64,000 nt of DNA from Lepidodermella squamata (taxonomy: Eukaryota > Animalia > Gastrotricha), in NCBI GenBank assembly GCA_047495785.1, contig JBLDXI010000013.1, positions 4,092,001 through 4,156,000 on the forward strand. The letters are read 5' to 3'. Shown piece by piece: positions 22,603 to 36,467 of the stretch (positions are counted from its first letter, which is position 1; the number at the start of each line of letters is the position of its first letter). Position numbers and translations under genes: made by a program. The notes beneath the pieces are model-generated. The model worked only from the letters and a program-made list of their open reading frames with translations. It was not told the origin of the DNA and searched no databases.

Positions 22603-25600
22603 CTAATAAAATTTACAATTGTTAAAATTCAAGTTGATGGTAACATCCTTTCCTCCGTTCGCCTTAATGGCGCTGACCAGCCTGCCAACGCTGGCAGACA
22701 CGCTCTCGGTCTTGATCACTTGATGAGGATTATCAACAATGAAGCAGTCTTGGTCGACAATCTCAGCTTTCACGACGCTTGAATTCGGTTGAGCACGTTC
22801 AGGCTGAGGAATTTCTGCACTTCGATTTTGTTGACGTCGCTCGCCCGATGTATCGTCAAGGTCGATGTGACGATTCGATGGATGAGGGGCTACGGAGTCT
22901 GGGTGTGACTCGGAGATACACCGCTGTTGCTTTCGCGTCGAATCATCTCCATTCACTTGACAATCACCAGTAGAAGTGTTCGACGAAGAACCTGTAAAAA
23001 AACTGTAAACTATTATTAGAGAAAGTCCAAGAAACCAACCAGCTGACCGCTTGCCATAAACCGCTGAAATGGCCGCGTTCTGGCGTCGCAACCGCTGCTT
23101 GTCCAACACAACATGCCAACGTTGGTCTTGTTGGGAAGTCGACTTCTGCTCGGCGATTGAATGCCGTCCCTTTTCGACCAAATTACCAGAAGCAGATACG
23201 CCATCATCCCCAGCGTTGCTAGTGTTGGCATTGCCTGAGGGCGTCGAAGAGGCTAAAAGCTAACATTAATTTTCGTAGGAAAAAATTTTCTAATAACGAA
23301 CCGTCATTCCTGTTGGCAGAATTTTTGTAAGCAGCGGGAATATCCTGGTGCTGTTCAAAAATGGAAACGTCGAGGATAGGATTATCGGCCAATTGAGTTA
23401 TGACCACTCCATGGCGCGGCCGCTCACTAACTGGCGATTCGTTTTCGCGGACAGCGGAACGATTAGCAGCGACTGTGCCGGAAGGTGGCAGCGACTCTTC
23501 AACCGATTCATCTGTTTTAGATCACACAAACTAGCAATTAAAAATAAGAAAACAAGGGAATAGAAAAAACAACCTGCATTCAAGTCGATGGCGCTGTCAT
23601 TCGTCACCTGAGAGATCTGAGAGCTGTCAGCATCAGCTGCAGTTTCGTTTTGATTTGCCGAAGCAACCTGACTACGCATGGCGTTTTCGGAGCTTCTTTT
23701 AAGCGTAGCATTTCCTCGGTTCGCGACAGTCCTTGCTTGAGAGTGCGACTGATATGTATCTGAATCTGAAGGCGAAGATTCGGTAGCCGCGTCGACAGTT
23801 TCACTGCTGAGCTTCTTGGGAGCTTTCGATGGTTTCTTTGATGTTTCGACGGGGCGCTTTTTATTGATTCCAGCAGTTTTTGAGGTTGATTCAACATCGT
23901 CGTAAACTTCCGCCTCGTCGCTATTCTCAGAATCGTCATCAGAAGTCCCGTTCTCGACAAGGGCGGCTTCAAATTCATGCATGACAAGCTCCTGAATGAG
24001 GAGTTGCATTTCGAGACCGATGCTGACGTACGGATGGATCGATGTAGCTGCGTTACCGTGGGAGATGTGAAGCCCGATGATGTGGACAGGCACGCGCATC
24101 GATCCAACGAGTCGATCGCAAGTGTACTTCCGAAGCGAGTAGTTGGTATAGAGATGTACAAATTGAGGCGCAAATTTTTTAAGCATTAGCTTCAACAACC
24201 CTTCTTGGCTGTTTTTACCAAGTTGGCTCTTTTTGTACCACCTACTTTTCGTGCCCTCTTTCCACAGCCACCGCCCGATATTAGGGGTCAGGTAATATGG
24301 GCCATCGGCAAAGTTTTGAACCTGAGTTTTTCGCGCACGGTAAGCCATATGAACCTTATATGGCGAGAAGGGTCCAGGAGTGTCATATAACCGCCGAGTC
24401 TGAAATCCGCGTGTCGGAGGTCCCCTTTCAGCGCCCGTTGATTTCTTTTTTTGTCGGAATGATATTTCGACAAACTTGCGCCGTGACGATTCTAACTGAC
24501 CAGTGCGCACGTCCGCGTTGCGGAGGGAGCGCATTTCTTCGCCTGTTCGCATCCCTCCGCACGCATTGATCACCTGACTGGTGAAAAGGAGCTTCCATGG
24601 GTTGTCGAAACCCATGCACTTCGTCGCTATAATCTTCACGGCCTTTTTCGAAAGCACCATCGCACCGATGGACCTTCCCAGGCCTGCATTTTTAGCCTCT
24701 TTCAGCTTTCGAGATAGGATGTCTTTAGAATGATAGTAATCTCTGGACCTGATGTTGATCTTCCCGTCGGTGAGCATCAAGATGTATCGGGCAAGAGCGT
24801 GGTGGTATGCTCTTAGCGTAGCCACAGCTAAAAACATGGCTACTTCGTTGTCCCCGAGATCTAAATGATGGATTGCATATCGACAAGCTTTAGTTGAATG
24901 CCTAATTCATGTCTACATTCGAGTTTTCATTTTACTTTTCAACGTTCTTTGTTTTCATTCAGACGTGTTTTAAAAATTTCTTATAGGCTACAATTAATTC
25001 ACGGTTCTTCCGCTGATATTTCACATGTCTTTAGTATCTCTCATAATTGCCATACAATTCTCATCCAACGAGACACATCAATGCCAATTCACTAGCAAGC
25101 CTAACCTTTTATTTCGCTAAAAATCATACATTAAAAGCATACGAAAAAGTCAAATTAAAATTTAACGAAAAGTTTAAATTCACATCAAAACTAAATTTTT
25201 TCTCGAAATTCCCGTTCTCAAATTGTGTTTTTCAATAAAATTAATTGAAGAAATTAAATTATATCGTAAAAATTGAATATGTATTCAAAATTCATTAGAA
25301 AGACTAATCCAACAGATTGAAAGTTTTAGATAACCTAGCAGGTCTTTTTGTTCCCAAAAATTTAATTTCATTTTTTTGCAAAATGACGAACCTTGCTCAG
25401 CTTCGCTTTCCTCCGGATCGGCATCGACATCGATCCAAGCATCCTTGTCGCCTTCTTGTTCATTTTCGTCATCACTCGCAGCAGGTAGCTGGCTATCGTC
25501 AAAGTATACACCCTTTTCAATAGTGTCCACAGCTTCGGGGATTTTTTCAACACGTGCAGTTTTCCTGCTCTGGTCAAGGTACCAGGCGGATAGCGATTGA

Positions 25601-25770
25601 TTCAGTAGCTCGGAATCACCGAGCCATGACAGTGTATCACGACGCTCCTCAAAGTTTTCACGGGTGTACTTCTCGAACGCGTTAAAAATGCGCTGGTCAT
25701 TAGCACTAACCTTGCGGTTAGAGGTTTTTTTGAATAATGCGGCCTCGCGCCTCTTGCGCGCTTCAGCCAT
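22603..25770 (-). CDS. Crypton-like tyrosine recombinase (DUF3504/CryptonA type), intron-containing, about 5 exons (25770-25392, 24860-23574 and three 3' exons)
   Basis: GGMRTGEEMRSL (R), QKKK (K), YTNYSLRKYTC (HxxR with H replaced by Y), HISHG..SIHPY (H and catalytic Y); N-terminal ELLNQSLSAWYLDQSRK; C-terminal FNNCKF typical of Crypton proteins; exons can be joined in frame. Confidence 0.85.
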
Positions 25771-26149
25771 TTTTAAAAAACTAAAAAAAAATGACAGAAA
25801 AATTATTGAACGCTGCTATTTGTCAATCGCTGGAAGCTTTTATAAGAGAGCGGGGTGTTTTTTACCAAAGGCAAGACTTGAATATGTTTACAAGCAAATT
25901 GGAAAAATCGGTTAAAAAACTTATGCTGTGTGCCACACGGCATAAAAAACATGTAAACACGAAAAAAACTAAACTGCTATGCACGTGCGCGCGGATTATG
26001 CAACAATGAAAACACTTTTTCATTTTTTTCATTTTTTCCAATCACGCTCCGCCCTTCCAAAAACTTGAAAAAATTGAACACGCAATTACGCAAACCCTAT
26101 AAGTAAACCCTATTATTTCGGCTAGTAAAATTTGCTAGAAAAGTGATAA

Positions 26150-26412
26150 TTCATGGTTATTAATTAATTTCATTTTCAACTATGAAATATTAGCGTTAAT
26201 ACATGGTTTACACGACTTAGCCGAAATTTGAAATCGTAAATCTTAAATTTTAATTGAAAAACATCTCAACCATGATAAAACACTGATAAAACATTGTTCA
26301 TCAACTAGTTGAATTAATTAATCGTCATCCATGAATAAACTTGCCGTGTTACCATGACTGATTTGAAATCTTACATCATGAACCATGAATAAACCGGTAT
26401 TTTCATGGAATC
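26150..26412. repeat. Array of the same palindromic units at the 5' side of the Crypton gene
   Basis: Units at 26176-26210, 26266-26300 and 26379-26412 plus degenerate copies. Confidence 0.7.
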
Positions 26413-29400
26413 GATAGAGCGTGTTGTAATTCCTCAAACTCTCTATTGATGATTGGGAGTATTTTTTTTAATTCCAAGGAAATTCCAATCAATACGCCGG
26501 AATCCGAAGCAATCCAGTTACAAGACCGAAAAATACCGAAAAATAACCGAACCATTTCGATTGCAGATTTTTCGGGTTTTCTCTTTTGGAATCGAATAGA
26601 AAGGATAAAAATAGTAGCAATTAGCTGTTATTTAGGAAATAACAAAAAAAATTCACAAAAGAGATTCACAACTTATGAGACACCCAAAACACGCTGTACA
26701 AAAGCTGAAATTTGAACTCCGGACTATATCTATCAGTGAAATGAAGCAAACGTTTAATTCTCAGAGATTTTCAAAGGACAGTGCGCAGCATAAATTACTC
26801 CAAAAGAACCCTTTTTTGCCTTCACGTCACACGCCGTTTTAGGTCGGTTAGTTTTTCTCAGTCACTCGAATAAAAATAATTAGGTATTCGGTATTTGCAT
26901 AACACACCAAAGGGAGTGCATAACACCAAGGCGTTAGGTAATAAAAAACATACAAAAAACTCAACGGTCTCATTAACGGAATTTTTACGCATGGTGTAAA
27001 TACGACTCTTTTCCACCTTTTACATTTCTAGCTAGCTTCAGGTGTTGTTGAACTCACGATCGCTTCTCAGTCAAGTTACACGGCAAACACGGCAAACACG
27101 GCAAATATATATAGACTGCCCATCACAGGTATTGGTCAAGATGTTGTTGATTGGCAGCGAGAAAAATTGACCGCGCTCTTCAGCCTATATCATTATCATG
27201 CACTAATAGCGCCTGAATAAGTAATACCCCGATATATACGTGACTCTTACTAGGTGTTGGTCCCGCGGTACCTATATAGTGTTTGTACTAGATATAACTG
27301 TAGGATAAACAAAGCGAGAGAGGAAGGATTTTTACATCGCATAGGGTGACTCATATATGTATGGCTTATTATAAGGAAGTGAAAGACATACCTAGGGGTG
27401 GGGTAAACATGCTCGGACAAACATCAAGAGCGACGCGAAACCGGAATACAAAGCTGCTGCTGATAAAACAGAGTCGCGCGCCCGCGAATCGGTTGGTGCC
27501 AATGATATAGGATTGAGGTCACCCTGCGCTTTATTATATATATACCACGCGGCTTTAAATGTCGCTCCTTTGATGCGCGTTCTGCTCAGGGTGTGTAACC
27601 CGCTAAACCGGCTCGGGCGTAGCTTTACTACCATTTATATAGCAACAATTTATATTATTAATTATGGCATATTATATTACGCTTTATAATACCGAATAAC
27701 AGCAGCTGGTTTTCTGGCGACGTGACGCCTGTTTTCGGTTGCTGCTGCCGGGGAGAGGGTTGATAAGCAAGGCGGTTGATAGTGATACTATGCATATAAC
27801 AACGTGTTGTAAATACCAACAATTAGCACGGTTATAATTATTGTTATACAACGCGTTATTAATTGCCGGTTTTCAGCTCGCTTACAAATCTTGGGACATT
27901 TGACGAAGCCTGTGTAACCTCTTTTTTTCGTGTAAATTATTTGTAAATCGGCACTCTTTTTAGTGATTTTCAATTGTATGATCTATGATCCATGAACGGG
28001 AAATTGCTTCTATCTATTATCTAGAACTATGAACGATTCGCGCAATGTGTGTTTTTTTTTTAGTTTTTCCCTTGGCCCCGGCATATTTCCAGCATTTTTT
28101 GAAGTTTCCGATTATTTAGCCCATATTCGCAGAATTAACTTTCCCACAAGATTAAATTAAGATTTATGATCTCCCTATTTTATTACAATTTTTAGACTCA
28201 ATTCTATAGCAATTTACCTCATTATGAATATTTCCGCTTTCAGGTCAATTAATTTGAAAAAAATCATCATTAATCTGCTGAAATGTCTCATTTCAAAGCC
28301 ATGACTAGTGACTAGTGATGCCTTGGTTGGATTAATAGTAATTTGCATGAAATCAGCATGAATCAGCAAGTTGACATTGAGAAGAATATTTTGACCTAAA
28401 ATTTGAGGCACAGCTCGCACTTCTCTATTTTAGCGATTTATAGCTTGGGATGAGGCCTCCCAATAGATCTTCGGCAAAATGTACCATAAATTCGTTTTGC
28501 CACCCCTCGTTAATTTCGAGAATAATTAGGTGAATGTTGTGTAAATTAAGCGAACTTCAGTTCGAAAAATGTCTCCGTCCAACTTGAATAATTTTCCTAC
28601 TCTGATTTTTTTTAATTGCATCCTTCTCAGGTAAAACAGGATCATAACTACCTTCGTTCACTCTCAGCAATCACGTTTTGTGTAAACTCTGTTTTCAAGC
28701 TTTACCAGCCTAATTTTCCACTTATCGCTGTGGAATGCAATATTAATGACACCTTTTATCGCGTGTAAAATATCCCAGGGTGGTTAAAAGTCCGCTCGAA
28801 CAGAATGCCACAAGCTGTTTTTATTGTTATTATTTACTGTGCGTTGTTTTGCCGCCCGGCCACGTAATTAGCCAACTCTTTACTAGTCAATGCCATCACT
28901 CACCCATTGCTCTGTCATGTCATAACGTAATTTTCATCGATTTTTTTCCTTGATGAAAAACGCGAGAGGTTAAACAGCAGTCGGTTTTTCTCGGGAAATT
29001 TCAACGTTTTTCATTCATTCGTGATTTTCGATTGTATGTTATACTTTTAAATACTAGGAGCGTTTGTGAACAAAGCCGCGCAGCTGTGTGTGACGGAAGC
29101 GCGTTTTATATCATCATCATCAGACACCCCAGAAGAGCGACGCCGCGAAATTTCGCCGAATGAATACGCGCGCTGAAAGCTGAAATCAGCTGTCTTCCCC
29201 TTTTGTGCGGGCCGCGGACATATTAACGCGCATTATTGTCGTTATTACTACTACGACTCATCATCGACTATATATATCCATCTATCTATCAATGACCAGT
29301 GTCAACACGGGTGCTCAGTATCACTCTGCGGCCACCCTGTGTGTGTGTACTGCTGTAATATATCAACAAAATGTGTATTATTATCGCTACTTACTGCGCA

Positions 29401-32400
29401 AGTTTCACAGCTTTTCCGCGCGCGGTGTGGATACAGCAAAAAATAATAGTAATAACAATATTATATCGGCATTATGAAAATAATTTTCTCGCATTAAGCA
29501 GGTAATATTTACCCCCTCAGACAGAATTTTTTTTTTCATCGCTATAGGTAATTTAATGTTATTGTTTACTCGGCGTGTTTTTCGCTTTCGGAATATTATA
29601 TGTAAATGGTTCGCTTTTCAAATGATGCACCGGCTTGCCCGCAATTAATAATCTGATGATGGTAGTATCTAAACTTGACGCAATTACATCAACGGCACCT
29701 GCGCGGCGACGCGCCTCAAAAAAGCGCTCTTTTCAGAAAAGATTAAGCAAATTTTTATTGAGAGGATAAATTGGCGGAAAATTAGAAAAATACTGCTATA
29801 AATCATGTCATTCTGTTGAATCCCCCTGCACGCTCAGTATATATATTTTCCAAAAAATCCGATTTTTTATTTTTTTTTAAATCTTCCTTAGAAGTTAATT
29901 ATTTAAGTGATAACACCCGTTAAAAAATTGGATTAAGGTGTTATTTATCGATTATTGCGAAAAAAGTCCTCGCTCAGCTTGGCGGAAAAATCAATCGAAG
30001 TTGGCAAAATTAAGCTCTACGTCTAAGGCTATAATAATGAGCTCATTTTCCGCGCCACAGTAAATATTTTTCATAATTTTCGATATTATTTATAATACGC
30101 AGTATCACGAGCCGGCTCATTGGCTACTTAACGCCTATTCTTGACGTATTGCTTAGCGTTGGCACGCCACCACTTTGTAGCGCCTTGTAGTAATATCACG
30201 CGCAAGTGCGAGCGCAATAAGGTCGCGCGCGCGCCGCCTTAAAAAGTCGACTTATGACCGCGCGCGCGCACTTGGCCGTCAAACAAGCCGGCGCGTCGAC
30301 AGCTTGACGCCTCGAGCCTCGATCTTGAGTCTGAAAAGCAGACCGCCGATAGAAAAATCTATTAACAACAATAACAATAATATTACTATTAACCCCCCAC
30401 CACCAAGTTTTATTATTAGCACAATAGCAATATTAATTATCATAATAATTTTCAAATTTCTCAGCACGGCCGTTATGCACCATCTATATAGCGAACAAGC
30501 GCTGATTTGTAACAATAACATAAAGGTAATATTGTTTTTACCGCTAGACCGTGGTGGCTTTACGTGTTTACTTTACATCCAAACCAATCGAGCGTGGCAA
30601 TATTTCATTATCGGCACAAATCAAGCGTTTCATTGCGATAACTTTTGTTTATACGTCTCAATTTCTTGTAATAATATTAGCGCTTTAATTTTTTTGTTAT
30701 AGTGAAATCGGCGAAAAATCACGCTTCCTGTTATAAAAAGCGATAATAGCATTATTCATAATGGCGATCTTTAGGGAATCTATCGCGTATTATAAAAATT
30801 TCATCGCACTGCCGGCCATTTTTTTCAGTCGCCTCTTGATCTGATAAATTTTCGATAAATATTTTGCAGCACTCACTGAGCCTTTTGATGTGATTAATGT
30901 ATAGATTTTTTTCATTAAATTGAGTCACTGGCCACTTTGCCGCGTGTCACCTGTAATTATCGGCGGCCGAAATCGCGGTGCGCACGCGCAGGTCTTCGGC
31001 TAATAACGCACGATATAAATAATTTTTTATACACGCATATTAAATATTTGCCCGGCATCTGAAAAGTCAGGCTTGTTCGCTTCGGTGCAGTATTTTTTGC
31101 TATTTAAATATTATATCTATAGAAAAATCCTAATCAAACATCGCGAGTCTTTTTACGCCGTATTTGTCTCGCGACAGCAAAACTAATTATATTATATCGG
31201 CTGAGTTGATAATGTGAGCCTTTATCCTTTGTCGAAGAAAAAAAACTATTTTTCTCGCCTTTCAAAGCGAATTTGGCTCAAAATAATTACGCCCCGAAGC
31301 GAGCGAAGAAATCAGCTCTTGTTGTTATTTACATTTCCGGGTGTTGATATTCGACAGCTATTGCTTATATATCTCGCAAAAAAGGCAAATAATAAGACCG
31401 TTGACGAATTAATTGAGAATTGTTTGCCTTCACATTTTCTGTGTTAGCTTTTACAGGCGGCGCTTGCGGCTCAGGAAACGAGATATTTATCACGCCTATA
31501 GGGTGACTCAAAATCACTCCTTGATTTTCTGCAAAATTTCGCACTCATTTAACAAAAAAATTTTGATTTAATTTATTCTTATATATACGCTGGGACAGAT
31601 ATAAGTGCGAATTATTGAAATATCTCGATATAAGTATAGATAGTTATTTATCTCAGGCCAGGCGTTAACTCGTAAACACAATTTTTGTGTGATCGGCACG
31701 CTCTATCTCCAGCTAGGATAGCAATTCCTCCCCTGCCAGCTCTCACTCGCCCGGCTTACATCCCGCCGATTTTATTATACGATGTAAGTCTGATAAATTA
31801 CCTTCTGTAATGCGGCGAAAATTGACTAGTGGCGAGCTGTTATTATTTTTTCTGATATATATGCAATTTTTTCTCACTCCACGCTACAAAAATAATGGCC
31901 ATAATTTTTCATCCTATGCGCTGACCAACTCGATCGCGGCTATACCCTATACTTATTTTGAAGGGCTTTAAAAATTATTATTTAAAATAATAATATTTTT
32001 ATTGATCATTTATTTTATATATCTGAAGTAAATAATATCAAATCCGTCCACTTGAAAATATTTTGTTTATATATTTCTCAGTTAATTTATCAAATTATTT
32101 ATTGGCTCATAAGCGTAAACAATGCGATGCGAAATTTTTTCACAGACGCGCGGATATGTCTAATATCTAAAAGTTTTTCCGGCTTTTAAATTCATCACTT
32201 GAAATATATGAGTAAATAATAATCGAAGCTATTGAGTGTATATATGACAATGCTTATTCGCGCTAAACTTCCGGCATTCTGCGCGCACCCTGCTTCCTTT
32301 TCGCCTTTTATTATACGTAATACTGTCAAACGGCCCGCCATTGAAGCGCTCAATTAACTACTACTACCTGTACACTCGCAGTGTCTTAGACTTACCTAGT

Positions 32401-32692
32401 CATTATTGCGACTGCTAAATTGTAATGCGTTGTTCTAGTTAGATAAAAAGCAGGATTAGTGATGCCTGCTTCTGCTTTGTAATATAAAGACCCCAGTGCG
32501 GCCGGTGCGCCGCCGCTGCGACAAGGTAAAAATTTCTCAATCAAACTCTGTGACATGTCTCACCGTGCGTGAACCCAATTACGGCGTTCGTAAACTTTCG
32601 AAGCTCCACTCATCGATAATTAGCAGGCGCTCTCGCAACTATGGCTGAAAGGTGATTTTATATACTTCTCTGTTTTTCTAGGCGAACATGAC

Positions 32693-35600
32693 ATGCTTAA
32701 AACGTTGGCAAAATCGCCGTTGACTATGCGCAGATGGGTTCTGCGAAGCATATTTAACATAATCCTATTCTCATCGGCTCTTGTTGTAACATCGCTGTTC
32801 ATCCTTCAACACCAGCAGACTCTTGTTGCGTCGCAGCAGTCGGGCGGTATCGGCGCTCAGCAGTACTTCGAGCAACAGGGCAATGTGAGGACTAACCGGA
32901 ATGCCGAACTCGGAGCGGGCGACTACGACCTGAATGCCATCGAGCAAGTTTCGGACGATGAATACGCCGGCGAGACGAACGGAAACAGCAAGTTCGTCCC
33001 TGCTGCAGTTGGCACTGGGAAGGAAAAATCCAGGTTGGTTTAAAAAAAATGTGAGATTAATCAGGCTTCTAAAACTCTATTTTTGAAATTTGAAATTTCA
33101 TTTCAAAAATTCTTAAAAATTTTCAATTATGAAATAATTTTTTCACAATTTTTCCGAAATTCCCATAAAATTTAAACCAACCTTGACATTTTAAAATTTT
33201 TTTTTATTATAATTTGAAACCTTTTTTCTGTTTTAGCCTGTCGACCATAAATTGCGAGATAAATGGCGATTATATCATCGAATGTCTGCAATATAAAAAC
33301 AGCGTTTATTTCCCGTTCGAATTTCTCGCAAAATACTTCGAAGTCTACGGCCATTTTAAAGCTCAAGAAACAAGTACCAAGCCGAGTGTTCAGCCGTCAA
33401 ATACCAACGGCTCTAGACCGACTTTTCAGTTCGAACACAGCAATACAGCTCACGGGTCTGGTTCGGGCATAAATGGCTATAACGACTCGGCTATGCACGA
33501 GTGCGACGGGGCTTTCATGAATTTCGCGTCGTTCAACGTCGAACGCCGCAATAAGGTCAAGTTCATTAGTGTTGGCAACGGCGTGCCGCTGTCGATACAG
33601 TGGGACACGACGCATCGCGGCTATCACTTTGCGACGCAGATAGCTCAGTTTGGGCTGAGTTACTATAGCAAAATGCATAGTCGCCTGAAACAAGAGCAGC
33701 TAAAGCAGCAGCAGCACGGCGTGGAAAATCAGCGAAGCGTGACGCTGAAATTCGCGCCCAGTTCCGGTTCTTCTTCCAGCGACTGTTACGCCGACCAATC
33801 TGTTAACAATAATTTTCTTAAATTTTCCTGCAAGTGTAAGTCGATTTGTAGAATTCTATTGATAATTGAAACAAAATAACTACGTCATTTGCGCCACGTC
33901 ATTCGCGCAATCATTAATTAAGCCCAAAACGTGTTGCATACCTGGAGCAATTGTCGCTTGCATTGATGTCGTGCGCAAATTTCGGGCAATTTATAGTTTT
34001 TCATAAATTAAAAAATTAGAAAATTAGAATAAAAATTGAAATTTTGAATAAAAATTTCGAAGTGCACTTTCATACATATTTATGTATGACAAAATTAACT
34101 TTCATACATATTTTTTTTCATAAAAACGTGTTTTTCAGCCAAACTGTGATTAGGAATTGGGGTTAGGGGTTAGGGTTAGGTGCCGGGGTGCTGGTTCGGG
34201 TTAGGGTTAGGTTTAGGGTTTGGTTGGGGTTCAGGATTAAGGTTAGGGTTAGGAAATTTCGAGTTTCGGGTTTTTACGAAGCTCGATTTTTGGGCCCTTG
34301 CGCTTCCCCACTAACCATTTTCATGCGGAAAAAATTGACTACGCTTTCGGAACCCCGTTTTTCTTTTTCATAAACCGAAAACTTGTCCTCTGGCATTTCC
34401 CTAATGTTTTCAGCTTGAATTTAATGAAAAAAAATATGTATGAAAGTTGGCACCCTAAAAATTTGAAAATTTATGAAATTTTCGAGTTTTTTAGTTTGAT
34501 TTGTGAGACTTCTATAAAGTTTTACATTCTAAATTCTATTAAAATTTTCAAAGATTAAATCTTGAATTTCAACGGCTTTGGGAAATTTATTTTCTCGTTA
34601 GTTCTTGATATTTTCCAAATTTTGAACTCGGAACAATTTGAATTCTCATTGAATTCTCAGTTGAAGTTAAATATTGTTATTTTTCTTAATTTTCAGCTTT
34701 CGATTCTCCTATTCGTGTTCCTATCGTGGTTGATGACGCCTTACTACTGCAAAAACTTCCTGTTCTTAACCTAACTTACGAATTTACTTCATCAAACGGT
34801 GCGCTTTCCTTCGAACTCGAACTCGACGCAGCTTTACCGGCGTCGAACGTCGATCACCCGGCCAATTCCAAGCCGACGAGCAAGCAACAACGCTTGCTGC
34901 ATAAACAACAAATTTCCAACATTTCCACCTCAAAAACACGCCGGCTGCTAGTCCAGCTCAACTACAAGTGTGGCAAAACCGACGAGATGACGAGTCATTT
35001 TATCGGAAATTCTGGCGATAAAAAATCGCCGTTATTACTCGTTGAAATCACGTATTCAATACCTCAATGTCCCAGTATGGCGATGCAGTCAATCTATCGA
35101 TATTTGCTAATCGATGTCATGAAAGGCCTTCACGCTCTACCGAGCACGGTTCCGGCGTTTCTCAGGAAATTTGGTCATAACGATTTGACCTTGTCAGCGA
35201 TAAATGCCGTCAAATTACAAGGCGCTGGTACTATAGCCGGTGCCAGTTTGGTACCGCAAGCTGATCGTGAGTTTGTCCTACTCGCCGCTGATTGGTTGGT
35301 TCATAACCAGAACGAAAATGGCGCGTGGTCGATACCAATTGGTCGGCAGTTGCTAGCCGGGGATTTGAAGCTGGAACCCGGCTGGCATGATGCAATGGCC
35401 CAGGGCCAGGCTATGTCCCTTCTAGTCCGAGCCTATAAAATGACTGGGCATGCTCCATATGCAATATCAGCCCTTCGCGCTTCACTGATTTTCAACAGGC
35501 CAGCGGTTGAAAATGGAGTTGTGAATAAGGTGTTTGATAAATTTACGTGGTACGAAGAGTATCCGACTACGCCGGGCCTTTTCGTACTAAATGGGTTCAT

Positions 35601-36131
35601 TTACTCACTGATTGGTCTCTATGATGCGGCGAAGTGCCTATCGCCGGGTCAGGATCCGATTTTACAGTCGGCGATCAAGTCTCAACATGATCTCGAACCT
35701 CTTCTCGTGCGAACTCGTGAACTGTTGGAAATTGGTCTCGAAACTCTACGTCACACACTACCTTTATTTGACACAGGTAAATCATTAATTCTAGCGTGAA
35801 AATTAAAATTGAAAAAATGGAATATATATTTTTTTTAAATAATTGGAAATTATTCATAATTAAAATATAATTAATTTTTTTTATAGAATTCTGAAAAATT
35901 TTTATTTTATTTTTTAAAGGTTATGGCTCATTCTATGATTTGCGGCACTTGTCAATGGCGGGCTCACAGCCAAATATTGCGCGATGGGACTATCACGACG
36001 CGCACGTGCGGCAATTATACCTATTGGCGCGAATCGACGCCAACTCGACGGCATCGCGCAGTGATATCTGGTTGAAAACGGCTAAACGCTGGCAGGGCTA
36101 TATGCGGGGCATTCACGCGCCTCACAACTAG
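32693..36131 (+). CDS. GLCE: D-glucuronyl C5-epimerase (heparan sulfate biosynthesis), 4 coding exons (32693-33033, 33237 to about 33835, about 34698-35776, 35920-36131)
   Basis: Type II TM anchor; INCEINGDYIIEC, PFEFLAKYFEVYG, GVPLSIQWD..GYHFATQIAQFGLSYYSK, GWHDAMAQGQAMSLLVRAY, WYEEYPTTPGLFVLNGFIYSLIGLYD, YDLRHL..PNIARWDYH. Confidence 0.95.
34062..34453. mobile_element. MITE-like element in a GLCE intron carrying a degenerate (TTAGGG)n tract
   Basis: Inverted arms aactttcatacatattttt (about 34097) and aaaatatgtatgaaagtt (about 34430); ggttagggttagg tract at 34158-34253. Confidence 0.6.
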
Positions 36132-36467
36132 CCGTCGATAATAATACTTCGTTTTATTGTTATAATGTCTCACGCACGTTTTCTTCGATTATTGACACGT
36201 GTGTTACTTTTCGATACTTCGATACCTGCTCCGAAATTGTGTGAAAAAACGCGGCTAGTTATGTTATATTATGTAAATTGCGAAGAGCTTTATAATTATA
36301 TTGATGAATTTTTAACCTCTCATCTAAACGTGAAATTTCTAGTTTTTCATACGGAATAATTTTAACAATAACTACGGAAAGAATCGTGCAGTTTTTTCTA
36401 GATTTTTGCTTGTTATGACGCAGGAAAGATTGAAAATAAAAATATTTTCAAAAAAAATCGATTTGCT

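Noticed and set aside
26700-32600. Short ORFs (27392, 29205, 30304, 31214 and others) upstream of GLCE
   Set aside because: Low-complexity AT-rich translations without motifs; better explained as regulatory DNA, 5' UTR exons and introns
34158-34253. True telomere or chromosome fusion site
   Set aside because: Short, degenerate, single orientation and enclosed by MITE-like arms inside an intron
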